64,000 bases of DNA. Source: Chara braunii. Lineage: Eukaryota > Plantae > Charophyceae. Below, piece after piece: positions 11,953 through 24,519 of the stretch. Location of the stretch: the NCBI GenBank assembly GCA_003427395.1, contig BFEA01000022.1, positions 5,288,289 through 5,352,288 on the forward strand, written 5' to 3'. Position 1 is the first letter of the stretch; each line of letters starts with the position of its first letter. Under the pieces are notes generated by a model. It did not search any database. It had not been told where the DNA came from and saw only the letters and a program-made list of their open reading frames with translations. Made by a program: the position numbers and the translations under genes.

Positions 11953-14567
11953 CTTTCTTTTCCTACAACGTTTGGGCCCTCACGATCATGACTTCAAATT
12001 TCGTCTGGCAGCAGCCATTGCGGTACCGATCGGTCAAGCACTCGAATCTACGTTACCATCTGCTGAGAGGCAGAAAAAAAGTTGGCAGCACGGTGTCGAG
12101 CGCATCGGCTCCCACCTTTTGGCAAAGGTGCGGGAGCCCTCCCGGCCATGTCACGCAGGAGTAAAACAAAACACAACCAAAGAGAGACAACTCAGGGACG
12201 ACGCATAATAACCCCACGAACCGCGGTTGCACCGTCCCTTCACCGCTCTAGCCGGGTGCGCCAGCTGTACATCCCGCGGTCCCCTACGACAGGATAGGTT
12301 CCTGCGGAAAATAAACTTTCCCTCCCTAAGGGGTTGTCACCACCCTTAGGGGTGTATCCCTACCGAGCTACTGATCCACGTGCGAATGTTTTTAAATGCA
12401 ATCGCAGAGGTAGATCAGTCGAGGGCGTTTGCTCGTTCGCTGTAGTATAGATACGCTTGGGTAACGCCAAGCGAACCCGAACGTCGTTCGTTCCTAGGGC
12501 GCTGATCTCCTAGGTACGGAGTAAACGTCGGTCGACTAAGATGGTCTCAACCAAGTGTGAAACTATAATTCATCTTAGTCCCTTATACACATAGTCAAGC
12601 GATAGTTACAACAACCATACGTATAATTTTATCAGAAGGAATCGACCGTAGTTGACACGAATAAATATTCCCAGTGTTAAAAAAATAACTAGAAAAAAAT
12701 GCAAATCATAATCCCATATATCCAATAACACAAGATCAAAAACTATCCGGCCGCCTCAGGTCGAATACCACAAAACAATCAAACAACTGGCAACGAAAAC
12801 TTGGCTAATCGAAAATAACATTGATGTTGCCAACATGGTTGTTGGACAACCTCAGTTCTGACTTGATAAGACGCGTTGCCAAAGTCATTCATTCCATCCT
12901 ATCGCCGATCTAAGATTCGACGCGCATGTCTGTCTTCGTCCATTTTTAATTTTTTTGGATGACAAACTACCTTACGTATGATTCTTGATCAGGGGCATGG
13001 CTTGACGTGTTGCATGCCTCTTCCTCTAGAAAGTGGTCTGGGGTACTCCTCCTCCTCATTCGAGCACAAGACTCGGATCACAAAAGTCGGGCCGTCTCCA
13101 CCGAATCGGTAAGTACCCCCCCGTAGAACAGTCCACTCTGGGTCGATAACAGGGTCGGCTTCTAAAGCAACAAACCCTCACCCCATATGCCTCCTGAGGA
13201 AAAAGGATGTGTTCACCGCAAGTAATTTTCAATTATTCTCATTTTTTCTAAGTTCAGGGTAACTTGGACGAAAAGAATTCAGGAAAGGTAAAGAATGAGA
13301 ATCATTTGGATAGGTATAGGCAGAGAAGGTCGTTTGGGATAGAAAGTGTCAATCTCAAGGAAGCTAAGTCCTTTTGACATTTTCTGCTTTATTTCAATCG
13401 CTTTCATTTTACTACACGCACTTAATAACCGTCATGAGGCTTCATCATAAGAACAAATCATTATTGACATCCAGGTAGGTGAGCAGTAAAAAGAAGACAA
13501 TCGTTTTTCCTTCTCTCAAATAGGCATAATCAATCTCTTTTGCAAGCATCATTTTACCTACTCCCCCTGTGCCACGACCCTATACCCGGCGCCCCCCATC
13601 TTTTTAGCCTCCTTAGGCCCTGAATCGCGCGGCTTAACAGCCGCGCGACTTTATTCTAGGTAGAATAGGTTTAGTTTTACCGTTCCCATATCTGCACATT
13701 GTTGCGGCTTCGACAAAAGCGAAGCATTACCATTCACATCCGTTACTCCCGGAAGCCACACGCGTTCGGACTGACGTTTGAGAACTTTTAGTCTGTCAGT
13801 CATAGGTCAGGTTTGAATAAACTTTCGGCAAACATCGATCTCATAAAGTTCTTCAATCCAAAGAAAGAGTCGGACAGCGTTCGACATTGAAAAATCCCCG
13901 GCAAATACCCTTGTCAGGGTATTTGCCCCGACAACGGTTTTTTGCACATGTCGGCGTACATGTGCTTGTTTAAGCCCTGGTAGAAAAAGAGCTGGCAACA
14001 CGGTTCTTTGCACCTGCCCGCATACATGTGCTCATTCAAGCCCTGAAACCGGGTGGAGGGCAACGAAATCTGCCTCTATTCTTGATGAGGGTCTGACTAA
14101 TCTTGCGGAGGGCAAGACTATTCGCATGCGGGAATGGGGGGAGAAACTGCGGAGGAGGGCTGAAGGGCAGTGCAAGCGGGTACGTAACTCACCTGGGGGC
14201 GGAAGGGACCCCGCCACTACGGACAAACCCGTTACACACGGGCATTCTATTGTGCATGACGCCAAAAATGATACAGGCGCTGTATGACTGTCCCGTTGGC
14301 AACCGAACATAGCAATTTTGGACTGTAGTAGGCACAAAGTTGCGTTTTCTGGCCTGTGGAGGTTTTTTTTTTTTTTTTTACAAAATTTAAATGTGAGTTT
14401 ATGAGGACCTCTAGAGGTCTTCGCAATTTGCTGAACCTCGCAGCCCACAGGCCGCTGACAAATACTACATTGTTTGTGATTTTGCTGGGGGTGGGGGGAA
14501 AGTGTGACTGCAAAACATCATCAGATTTTGCGACTTTGAAAATTAGACCCCTAGTGTGAGTATGCCC
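10694..14567. mobile_element. Non-autonomous PIF/Harbinger-type element carrying a nested insertion
   Basis: Perfect 14-bp TIRs GGGCATACTCACAC / GTGTGAGTATGCCC with TAA on both sides (10691-10693, 14568-14570), the typical Harbinger TSD. Confidence 0.88.
12094..13933 (+). mobile_element. 1840-bp solo-LTR-like insertion (TGTCG...CCGACA) with 4-bp TSD ACGG
   Basis: ACGG at 12090-12093 and 13934-13937; removing the insertion restores one copy of a ~66-bp tandem unit whose intact sister lies at about 13979-14045; the last ~350 bp align with 52440-52773. Confidence 0.85.
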
Positions 14568-14989
14568 TAAGACACGCAAGTAGCATTCAGGAGGTCTTGG
14601 GTTTAATCCCCATTGGCCTCATGTACCTTCCTGGGCATGCTTTGCGCCCGCCACCTAGAGATAGTCTGTTGGTCCCTCCCCAATTGGCATTGAAAGTAGT
14701 CTCTCTTGATATTCATAGGGGGAGGGGTAATCGGGGAGGCACAGTGACTGGCCACTCAGATGATGCTTGGTCCCTCTGCTACCGGCTGTCCCCTAGTTGG
14801 TGTCCCCCACTGGGGGTTCCCTGAAGGCAATAAGGCCATCCTGGGCTGAAAAGGTCACCCAGTGTCAGATTAGACACAAGATTGAATCTATCTAGGCTGG
14901 TTAGTCCGATGATAATACATCAAGGCCAACGCCCTTTAAAAAAAAAAAAAAAAAAAAACTTCCTCGTTGCAACTACGCGCTCCATGCCT

Positions 14990-16180
14990 TAGCAGGGCTA
15001 AGTCCAACCAACCAGAAACTTCTACAGTGGTCGCTCCTGCCCCATAGCACGTGCCTGTTTCGAAGTCTGTGTGTGTGTGTGCCCGCTGGGTTGAGTGTCT
15101 GTTTTCCTAAGTCTGTGTACGTTTATGCCTGCTGGTCTGAGTGTTTGTCTGAGTGCTTGTAGGCCTAAGTGCGTGTGTGACCCGCAAAGGTACTTGCTTG
15201 TTTGGGAGGCCCCACAGGGTCAATACTTACTTGAGGCCGTGACTTTGAGGGTTGCAGCGGAAAAACACTCAAGTAGCGGGGGTAGGCCCGCGGCACTTGG
15301 AGAAGCAAGGAAGAACACTCAAGTAGAAGGCACGCCGACACCACTCAAGTAGCGGAAATGTGTTGGGAACTAGCCGCCAAGCAGAAGAAAACACAAGTTA
15401 GCATTTTTAAAGGCTTAGTAGCGGTAAGTACTCGGGTACCACTCTAAGTAGTCCGAGTCTAGGCCTGTGTGGATGATATCAGAGCCAGCAATGATCTTTC
15501 CCTCCGGAAGGACGGAGGTACCGGTCGCTCGGGTGGTCGAGCAGCTAGGAAGTTACCGCCCAAGAAGCAAATGCCTCTCCACATACTAGAGGCCGAGAGA
15601 TAGCCTCAACCTCACTTTGTGGTATACACGTTTGCACGACGAGCCGCTCTAACAAGTGCTAACAATCCGGGTGTTATTGCAATCCCATCGATCACACATT
15701 AATAATCGCCCCGACCGTATGGTCGGGGCATATATAATCAGCTTGACTAACGTGCTGACGCTTAAGTCTCTGTGTGTGTCGTAAGTTTACCTGAAATAAC
15801 TTAACCCAATCAACCCCTTGACCTTCGTGGTCGAGTGAGTTCTAATACTTTCAGACTCTTTTTATTCGAGCGTTGTGCCAAGGTACGTGCCTCATACTTT
15901 TTTCGGACTTGATTGTTTTCCGCTACCGAGATGGCGCATACTACTGCGTAGGCCTGACTTTATTAAACCGAACCCTCGACTTTTATGGTCGAGGGGCATT
16001 TATTACTGATTTTAACCATCTAAGCGCGCGTCAGAACAACACACGCGCGTACTAACCAAATTTACTTTCTGATACGCCTCGACCTCAATGGTCGAGGAAG
16101 TCGTCTCAAAGTGTCGCGCAAAAGCGTGCACGCTTTTATCGTCAGACCGACTCCGTTACGGTAGTTGATGTCGTCGTTAT
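14990..16180 (+). mobile_element. Truncated, diverged relative of the 820-2267 unit
   Basis: Colinear shared blocks with 1266-2215 (AGTCCAACC, CACTCAAGTAGC, CGAGTCTAGG, GGATGATATCAGAGCC, TAATAATCGC, CGACCTCAATGG). Confidence 0.85.
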
Positions 16181-18534
16181 AAACCCCCGCTAGAGGGAGG
16201 GGGAATAGTAATGATATTGAGAAGATAAGCATGCCTCCTAGAAGAGGAAATAAGGGTATCAAAATGAATTTGGAACATGGTTTCTGCACTCCAGCCAGGT
16301 CGGAAGTTTGAAATGCAGTCGAAGTTAGGGTTGACAGTTTAACCATGGTTTGAAAGTTTAGGCTGACAGTTTTGTCACGGTTCTGAGATCAGCTAACAGT
16401 CTGGTTGCAGCCCTATTTGGACACATCAAGCCCCAACTGCGACTGGACTGCTAACATCAAGTGAAACATCAGACTATCAAAAGTGGAATACGAGCAGTAA
16501 TATTAGGAGAACAAACCATTAGAAAATGGGGGGAGGGGATGGGGAGGGGAAGGGAATGGGGTTACGGGGGAGGGAGCGAGGGTAGGGGGGGTGATCTAGC
16601 ACATCCCCTGTCCCTTTTGGGTTAGGTGCCGAGATTGGGTGCGATGTGCCTCCCGCTACCCCCCCTAGGAGGGGCGGGGTTTTGAGTTCATCACCCCCCC
16701 GATCCAACGCATGCATTTCGTGGTGCTTGCCCGGGATGATACCTCATGAAATCTTAGTATATTGTCTGGTATTTGTCTTTTCTCATCTTGTTTCTGTACT
16801 TGCTTGCTGGTGATAAGCAACAGGATTGACGCCCCCCATAATAGATGGGGCACGTGTGTGTGCGTATTAAGAAAAGGAAAAAAAAACACTGTCAAGGGTG
16901 ACTAAAGTATCAACCCAAACTTCAACTGCATGTGAAACTTGGGCCCTAACTGAGTGTCGAACCCATGTTTGGAATGCATTTACAAACTTGTATCAAGGAG
17001 GGGAGCCTAACTTTATGTCGTTTTCGCCTTGTATCAAGGAGGGGAGTCTAACCACCTTTTCGACAGTACGTCTTGAGAGAGAGGGAGAGAGAGAGAGAGA
17101 GAGAGAGAAATACCTGCAATATTTTTGTTATCATATCTCAACATTACAAGGTAGGATTGTTACCATGTTGAAAAAGACTTGGCAATGCATGGATAACAAA
17201 ATCGTCGCTAGTTGGGCTTAGTTCCCTGACCCATACGTTATATGGGGGAAAATAGTCAGGAATGACTCTACCGTGACAATATTGTAAGAGAATATAACGA
17301 GATATGAAAAAATGGCAAAATGAAAGTATGTAACTCGATTTGTTGGAAGGAATCACATTGATCCGTATTTCGCTATTTGATGTTGTAAGGCACCAAGACG
17401 AACAAAAAACAAAAATGAATGTACTTCTCTTTATCGTTACAGTTGTAACCGATGCTCTAAAGGACCTAAGGTCATATTCACGTAGCTACTTCCCAAATGC
17501 ATTTGACTGCAATATTGTCCCGACGTAGATGTATGTGGCAGTGCATGTCTTCCAAAGATATACTGACGAAAGTTAAGCCGTCTCTAACAGTATGAGTGAA
17601 GTTAACTTATTGGGAATATAAACTTACCGGTAAGTAACAATGACATCAGGGACGAGGAATGCACGTGAGTAAAGGATACGACTAACGACGAGCCTGAGTT
17701 TCATCTATATTACATACGAAGAAAAAGGAAGCTCGGACATAAGGATACATAGAATAATACAGAGAGCAACTCTGCAGATCCTGCATTGCAATAAAGGAAC
17801 GACATTCCTAGGAACCAGCATTCCGAAAAAATGAGGGTAGCTTCCCAGGACATGAGTTACCTGACAAGGAATAAATGGCATCCCAACATCATCCGTGTTT
17901 TCACTATCTCGCTCATGAGATTAGTGACAACATGTCGGAGAGGTGGTCATACTCTATAACATAATATGGTTAAATAAACTGAGAGTGCGCCCACCACTTC
18001 GATAGATCGCAAAGGCAGTCTATATTTCTCACTTGCGAAGTGTCGACACATATAATTCAATGACATGCAAAATTTTGTAGTTATTCTGGAGAAGTCGACG
18101 AGAAACATTATATTATTTTCACATATAAGTTACTATAACACATTCGTATATCCATTTATATTAATAATGTTTCACCAATGTTCTACTTTGTTCATCCAAC
18201 GTTATCGATACTAGAAAAGCAATATTCATACAGCGATATCAATGTTGGATGAACATTCCCGTGCGGATAAACGTTTATATTTGTATCAATGTTTATATCA
18301 ACGTTGTTGCTCGACTTTAAAATTGGCTTGACCTGAAAATCAACATAATTTTTTATTATGTTGTTGCACTGCGATGTGAACAAGAATGACACACAAGAAA
18401 ACCCGCATTCGACGCGGTTGGGAAATGGGTGCCACTTACTGCGGAATATAGCAACAACGTCTTAATACACGGCCCCCACTTCCCAACCACATCCTCATAA
18501 GTGTAAGTCATGTGAAACGGTAATAACGTTAAGG

Positions 18535-18544
18535 GAGATAGATG

Positions 18545-18622
<78 letters not shown>

Positions 18623-18642
18623 TAGATAGAGAGAGAGAGATA
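18535..18642. repeat. (GATA)n/(GA)n microsatellite
   Basis: Direct reading. Confidence 0.97.
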
Positions 18643-19423
18643 GGTACATGATGTCACCGGTTTCGCATATGCATGAACTCCCCGCTGAAAAAATTGACGA
18701 GCAAGTTCGACCCATACGGTGCCGAATACGGCCGGTTACTGATGTGAGCCCTTGTACATGCATGGAAAAACGACAAAATATAGTGTGGATATGCGATACG
18801 ACATGAGTGAAAGGTTGACACAACAATAAGTGGGAGTGAAATAACGTCACAAAAACACAATTGTGTGCAAGATTCATCCGTATTATTGAACATAAACACA
18901 CACACATGACCACTTACTGCTTGCAACGTACGTACATGCATGCAATGAAACTGCGCACACATTGTGAACATGCACCACAACAACATGTGCAACTCATCCG
19001 GCACAAGCAAAAGGTTAAGATAACAATTAGTCGGGGTCAAATAACACCATAAAAACATACAGTTGTACAACACCGACCCGCAATATTGAACCAACACTCA
19101 CACGCACATACGCGACAATTAATTATGTGTCAAAATACACGTTAACAACCATATTGAAAACTTGTTGAAAAAAAGTTGGAGGTCTATATGAATCCATGTT
19201 GGACTCGTTGAGAAGAAGTTGAACATGTTGAGAAGAAGTTGAACACAGTCGAAGACCCACTTTCAACAGTTGGTCACAACCCTTTAGGGCTAAAAAAGTT
19301 GGAAATGAAAATGAAAATTTGTTGAAATTCGACGACAATTTTTTCTGTTGATGGCGCTTTGTCATAGATGGTGGTGCCTTATGGCGGAGATGTGCAGCCT
19401 AACGATGAGACGTACTTCGACAC

Positions 19424-19756
19424 GTGCCACAAGACCGCGAGGACGTTGTGGAAAGAGCTTTCGGGCGACTGAAGGGCATGTCACAGTGGCGGTTGTTCCT
19501 CAGGCACCACGAAACGAACATTGATAAGATGCCCCTGCAGTTCACCGCGGTCTGCATCATCCACAACCTGCTCATCGAGGTCAGGATAGATGTCGACCAA
19601 CGCTTGCTAATGGAGAGAGACAAGAATGGGAACCAGCGGCTGATCGACCTCGGCATGCGTGAACCCACAGTCCTAGTGTCTCAAGCGGACGCGAGTGAAG
19701 TGGTGTTAGACTTGTGCTCGCCACTAACTCAGTGCATGCAGCTCCTCCGCGAGTAG
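19424..19756 (+). pseudogene. PIF/Harbinger (HARBI1-like) DDE transposase, C-terminal fragment
   Basis: Motifs VVERAFGRLKG-x-WR and AVCIIHNLL; N-terminal catalytic aspartates absent. Confidence 0.9.
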
Positions 19757-20829
19757 ATCTGACAATCTCTTTTCTTGCATGGCCTCGCGGATGCATACGC
19801 ATGGTAGTGCGTTTAGGTGTAGAGGATCATCACCGACCGTTATATTGGTAGGGATGGCGATGTCGTAATAGCGTTCCACACATTCCGATTTGGAGGAGTA
19901 TGGGGGTGGGGGGAGAGGGGGGGGGGCTGGTTGAGTTGGTTTACATTTTTTGTTCGAGGTGCAAGTCAATCCTTTCGTCTTTTGGGGAAAGCAATCAATG
20001 CTTGCACGACCACTCTATTGAGGTTGCATTTAGCAGTACAATGGTCCAATTAATCAGGTGTGTTGCTCATGTGATGTTAAAACTGTGTGCATTACAAAAC
20101 TTCGGTTTTCCTTCCCTGCACCGTGGTTGACAATCGGACACACACAAAGTGGATGCATCCGTAATCGGACGTTATTTTTTCCTCACGATCGCATATAACA
20201 CACACCCTTCTATTGCAACAACGCATAAGTTTATGAAGTCTTACCATTTCATATTCTTGTATGAGTGAATCATAGCGTGGTCGTATGTTTTACGCCGCGC
20301 TACATCACAACCACATCACATAAAAATAGCATGCCAAATTCGATGGGGAAAAAATGAAGTAAAAAACCAGCCTCGCCGACCTCCACGTGGGGACCAACCC
20401 CTTCCCCCCTCCTGTGGTTGTACTCATCGAAGATCACGGTCCTACCCAGCACACGCCCCATGCATACTATGACAATGTACATGGTGTGCACACGCACCTG
20501 ATCAACGATCTCCCTCCCCGGATACGACCACAGATCACCTACGCCCTTTCCCCCCACAAAGGCCACATGCCCCCCGACTTGATCCATCTAGAAATGGCGG
20601 CTTTGCGGCAATGATGCTTTGCAAACAGACAGCTCGAGGGGCAGCGCAACCAACGCCTTCTGCAAAAATAGTTGAAACCCCGCTTAAATAGCGAATAACA
20701 CCACCTCAGCGTCGAACAAGGCAAGTGCGGCCCATAGCCGAGAAATTGGAAATTTAACCAAAAACATGAAAACAACTCTGATTCTCTAGAGAAAAAAAAC
20801 ACAAAAATAAAACCATTAAACCCTGCCCC

Positions 20830-22525
20830 TCGCCCACTATGCACGCCTACTTTTTCTTATCGATACGACATGGACAGACTACGCGAGAAAAAGATCAGTC
20901 TATCACGTGGAGGTTGTTCCCGCAACAATCATAAGCCATCAAGACCTCGTCAAGGCTTCCACTATCTTCATCAACGCCTCACACAACATGTGTTGCCCCA
21001 CGTCCAGGACTTCGCACTACGTCTCGTGCACTTTCACCTCCCTCTCCATAACATCGCATTGCCGCTACAGCACATCGCATTGTCTCTTGATCGCCCTGTC
21101 CATGGAATCCGCAATGACGGTCGAGTGTGTGTTCATCATATCGGTAACCGCCTCGAACGCCTGTTGCTGTGCATTTTTCATTTTTCAAAAATTTGAAACC
21201 TTCCGATGTTCGGCCTCTCGATCTGTCTCCCCCGCCCGCCTCTCCATTCCACCTCCGCTGTTTCCCCCTCCTTACAGTTGAGACGCGACGGTATCCACTA
21301 GATTCGGCGGGTGAATGATCTGGTTGGCGCCTCATACAGGCGCCGGTCCATTTGAAACTTGTGCCCCCGCCTCATTTCGTTGCTTGAGCCTGAGAGTGAA
21401 GAACAACTGTTTGTCGGACTCCTTTTCTCTTAACTGCACCTTCTTGTACCACGAGAAGATGTTCTCCCACCGCTTCATACATTGGTTGCAATCACGTTTC
21501 ACCCCTAACGCCTCCATGCGGTTGGTGATGTCCGTCCATTTGCACTCTTTGTTATTCATGCACGCGAAGTTGTGCTCCACGGTGTCCAAGGCCTCGTCCT
21601 GATCCCGCTTACAACGGACAAGTGTGAGGGAATCATCCAGATTCCATATAGTCCACCATCCGCTGCCCGCCTTTAAGTTACCTTTACCTCGCCCTTAGAA
21701 GCGGTTTTCTTCGCAGGTGTCTTCTTACGGTCGCAGGAAGCCGGAGGAACTTCGTCCTCCATCTCCTCTTTTTCTTCTTTCTCCTCCTCTACTTCATCTA
21801 CATCTTCACAATATCCATCTTCAACCCTGCCTTCTCCACCGCCGCCACCGTCACTTGTCGCACACATTTTGGATACACATGAGATGATGTGTTCCACCAC
21901 ATTTGGCTCTCTGCTCTCCGCTCGGTTCCCCCTCGTTGCAGCGGTCCCCCGACCAGCGCCGGTAAGTCTTGCGAGTGGCCTGCCCACTCCACTGTTATTT
22001 ACAGGATACCCCGGCTGCTGCACCCCGACGGTCGTCGATCGCCCTGCCTCGCAGTCGACAAATGGCTCCTCTTGAGATCGGTTGGAAGGATTCACCAGCA
22101 AAGTTCTGGATGCGGTCGCCTGGCGCCTAGATGATAGCTGCAAGTTGAGAGGCGGTCCCATGACCCGCTGCTGTCCATGCATCGGGAGAGATGTCATGGG
22201 TCCCTGCTGCTGACAAAGCTCCGCCCATTCCATTCCACACTCAGAGATGAACTGCGTCGATCCATGCGCCAGAGGGACGGCAGATGATTGTGGTTCCTAT
22301 GGCTTGTCATCAGGCAGTGGTTGTTGCCACGATGGCAGGTGCGCATACCGTGCCGGGCCGAAACGGATCATGCCCGACGGCCGTTGTTCCCCCACACCTT
22401 CCACCCCCTCCATGCCGTATAAGAGCTGCTTGTGCTCGTCACTGCCTGTCATGCCTCCCTTTTGGCTGCGTGACCACTTTCGTCGTTTTCCGCCTCCGTG
22501 GCTGACGACGGACCCGCAGCTATGA
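20830..22525 (-). pseudogene. Harbinger-associated Myb/SANT-like (trihelix-type) DNA-binding protein, frameshifted
   Basis: LDDSLTLVRCKRDQD...KWTDITNRMEALGVKRDCNQCMKRWENIFSWYKKV at about 21430-21645; acidic/basic linker upstream; split over several ORF fragments. Confidence 0.85.
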
Positions 22526-23039
22526 GCAGAAGTGCATGAGGACGACAACGAGCGGGACGAGGAGGATGAGACCGAGTAACGTCGACTTCCCCACGTGGTC
22601 AACCATGCAAAGTGCTTGCAGAGCGAAGTGGAAGGCAGTGTCGGCAGTGTGGCCCTGGAATTGCGGTTTGGCACACATGCTCCTGACTGACTTCCCATTG
22701 TCTTGTAGCACACACGACACCACTCAAGTTGTCGCGTCTACCCCAACAAACCACCACTCACCCCTTCCCAACCCCGACCCTTCTCCTCCCTCCGCAACAC
22801 TACGTTTGAATTTTCAAAACTGTAACCTCGCAACAGCAACGACCTGAAATGCCTGCGGTACCGTTGCTGGGATAACGTCCTGAAATGACGGCGGTACCAC
22901 TGCTTCTACAGACCACCAGCAACAGACTGTATGTCGTTCTCCGTGTGGCCGCCAACAAAAACCAGCCATGATCCAGGAACAGACGAAAATGTGCAAAAAA
23001 AAAAAAAAAAAACGGTTTCCGCGGGTGTCTAGCGGGGAC

Positions 23040-24480
23040 AAGTTTTGGACGCTCTTGGATTGAGAGAGGAGTTGTAAGAATAAGCGATATTTGGGATGAG
23101 TTAACTGGATCATGGAAGTCGGCAAGATCCCTCCGCTCTTCACTGAGGGCGGTTTGGTATCTACAGGATCAAAGGGATGCAATTATCTCTGCTATCCCGG
23201 AGAAATGGAAAGACCTGTTATTTGCAGTTACAGCTGACCCTCCAGGGACATGGTATATAAACAGCTCGATGGATAAGACTAGAATATGGAAACTGCTTTC
23301 GATCGATAGTGGGGGTAAGCGGGTCTTCCAGTCCTGGGACTGCTCACCAGACAGGACTCTTACCCTGAGTGACACGAATGATCAACCTTGTCTCGGTTTA
23401 GCGCTGAGTTAGGTGAGAGTAATGGAACATGTGGACCTGAATGATACCATGAACTGTACAGTCTTTGCAGATGCAGAACCACTGGATCACCTGAAAATAG
23501 ATCCGACAAGGTGGGAGTGGAGAGGAAGAGGGCAAGGGGGCCAAAACCTTCCAATAACAGAGTACTCCCTCCAATTGGGATACACCCTTAATCCTCCGGT
23601 GAAACATCCGCTGGTAGTTGCTCGTAATAGATGGGCTCAGTTGATTGATTTAGATCCTAAATGTATAGAGGATAATCTGCTATGCTGTTGGAAACAATTG
23701 GAGGTGATCACCAACCAAAGACAAGCATCTCTATTATGGCTAGTATCGTTGGTGGCAACACCATTTGCAGTATGGCTTGCAGAGCATGGGGTACGGGTGG
23801 AGCTAAAATGCAAACGGTGTCAATGGGCTTTTGAATCAACAGTACATTTGTGGTGGGACTGCCCTGCAACCAGTCGTATATGGCTCTGGGTCATCAAACA
23901 ATAGGATCGCATCTGAGGATCCTCTTTTAAGTGGTCCAAGAACTGGTCATTGTTAAGGGGTATCCCTGATCATTTGAACGTTGCCACAGGGTGGGGTTAT
24001 GTGGCACAAACAATAAGAGCGGTGGCTTTCCATCTGATTTGGTCAAGTAGGAATAGCTGCGTCTTTTAAGACCAACATTGGTCCAACAAGCAGATTCGGT
24101 CGACATTTGTATCCCAACTGAGACTGGTTATACAGGCGGACTGGAGAAGGAAGGTGTTGAAATCATCACAACGGACAACAGGATTGGCATGGTTTAGACA
24201 GACATGGTGTCTCCGTGATACTCTGGCTATCATTGCAGATGATAAACTGATTCAGGATTCTTGGTTGTTTTCTGCGTAGATGAAGGGATCTAACTTGGTC
24301 ACTCGGTTGAGACAGCCGCGGTAGGCTGGCAGAGGGATTGAAAGCGGAGGGAGTGATCTGAGAATTAGGTAGGATGGAGCTTTCTCCTCCAACTTTTTAG
24401 TTGTTTCCTTTTTATGGTTTGTTTTTCTTTTTGAATTAGTGTATCACAAGTATTAGGGTAAACTACTAATTTGATCATAA
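23040..24480 (+). mobile_element. 5'-truncated L1/Tx1-type LINE (ORF2 C-terminus and 3' UTR)
   Basis: zf-RVT-like CKRC...ESTVHLWWDCP in a Trp-rich ORF with stops; T-rich tail after the stop near 24279. Confidence 0.85.
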
Positions 24481-24519
24481 ACATCAATGAATCATCCCGT
24501 CATTATTATATTTGGGTCC

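Larger units (their letters stand above)
19360..23020. mobile_element. Deleted/decayed PIF/Harbinger transposon
   Basis: Convergent transposase remnant and Myb/SANT ORF, the canonical two-gene Harbinger layout; TIRs not located, boundaries approximate. Confidence 0.72.

Noticed and set aside
13900-13937. Helitron 3' end
   Set aside because: It ends in CGACA rather than CTRR and has a 4-bp TSD, which Helitrons do not create.
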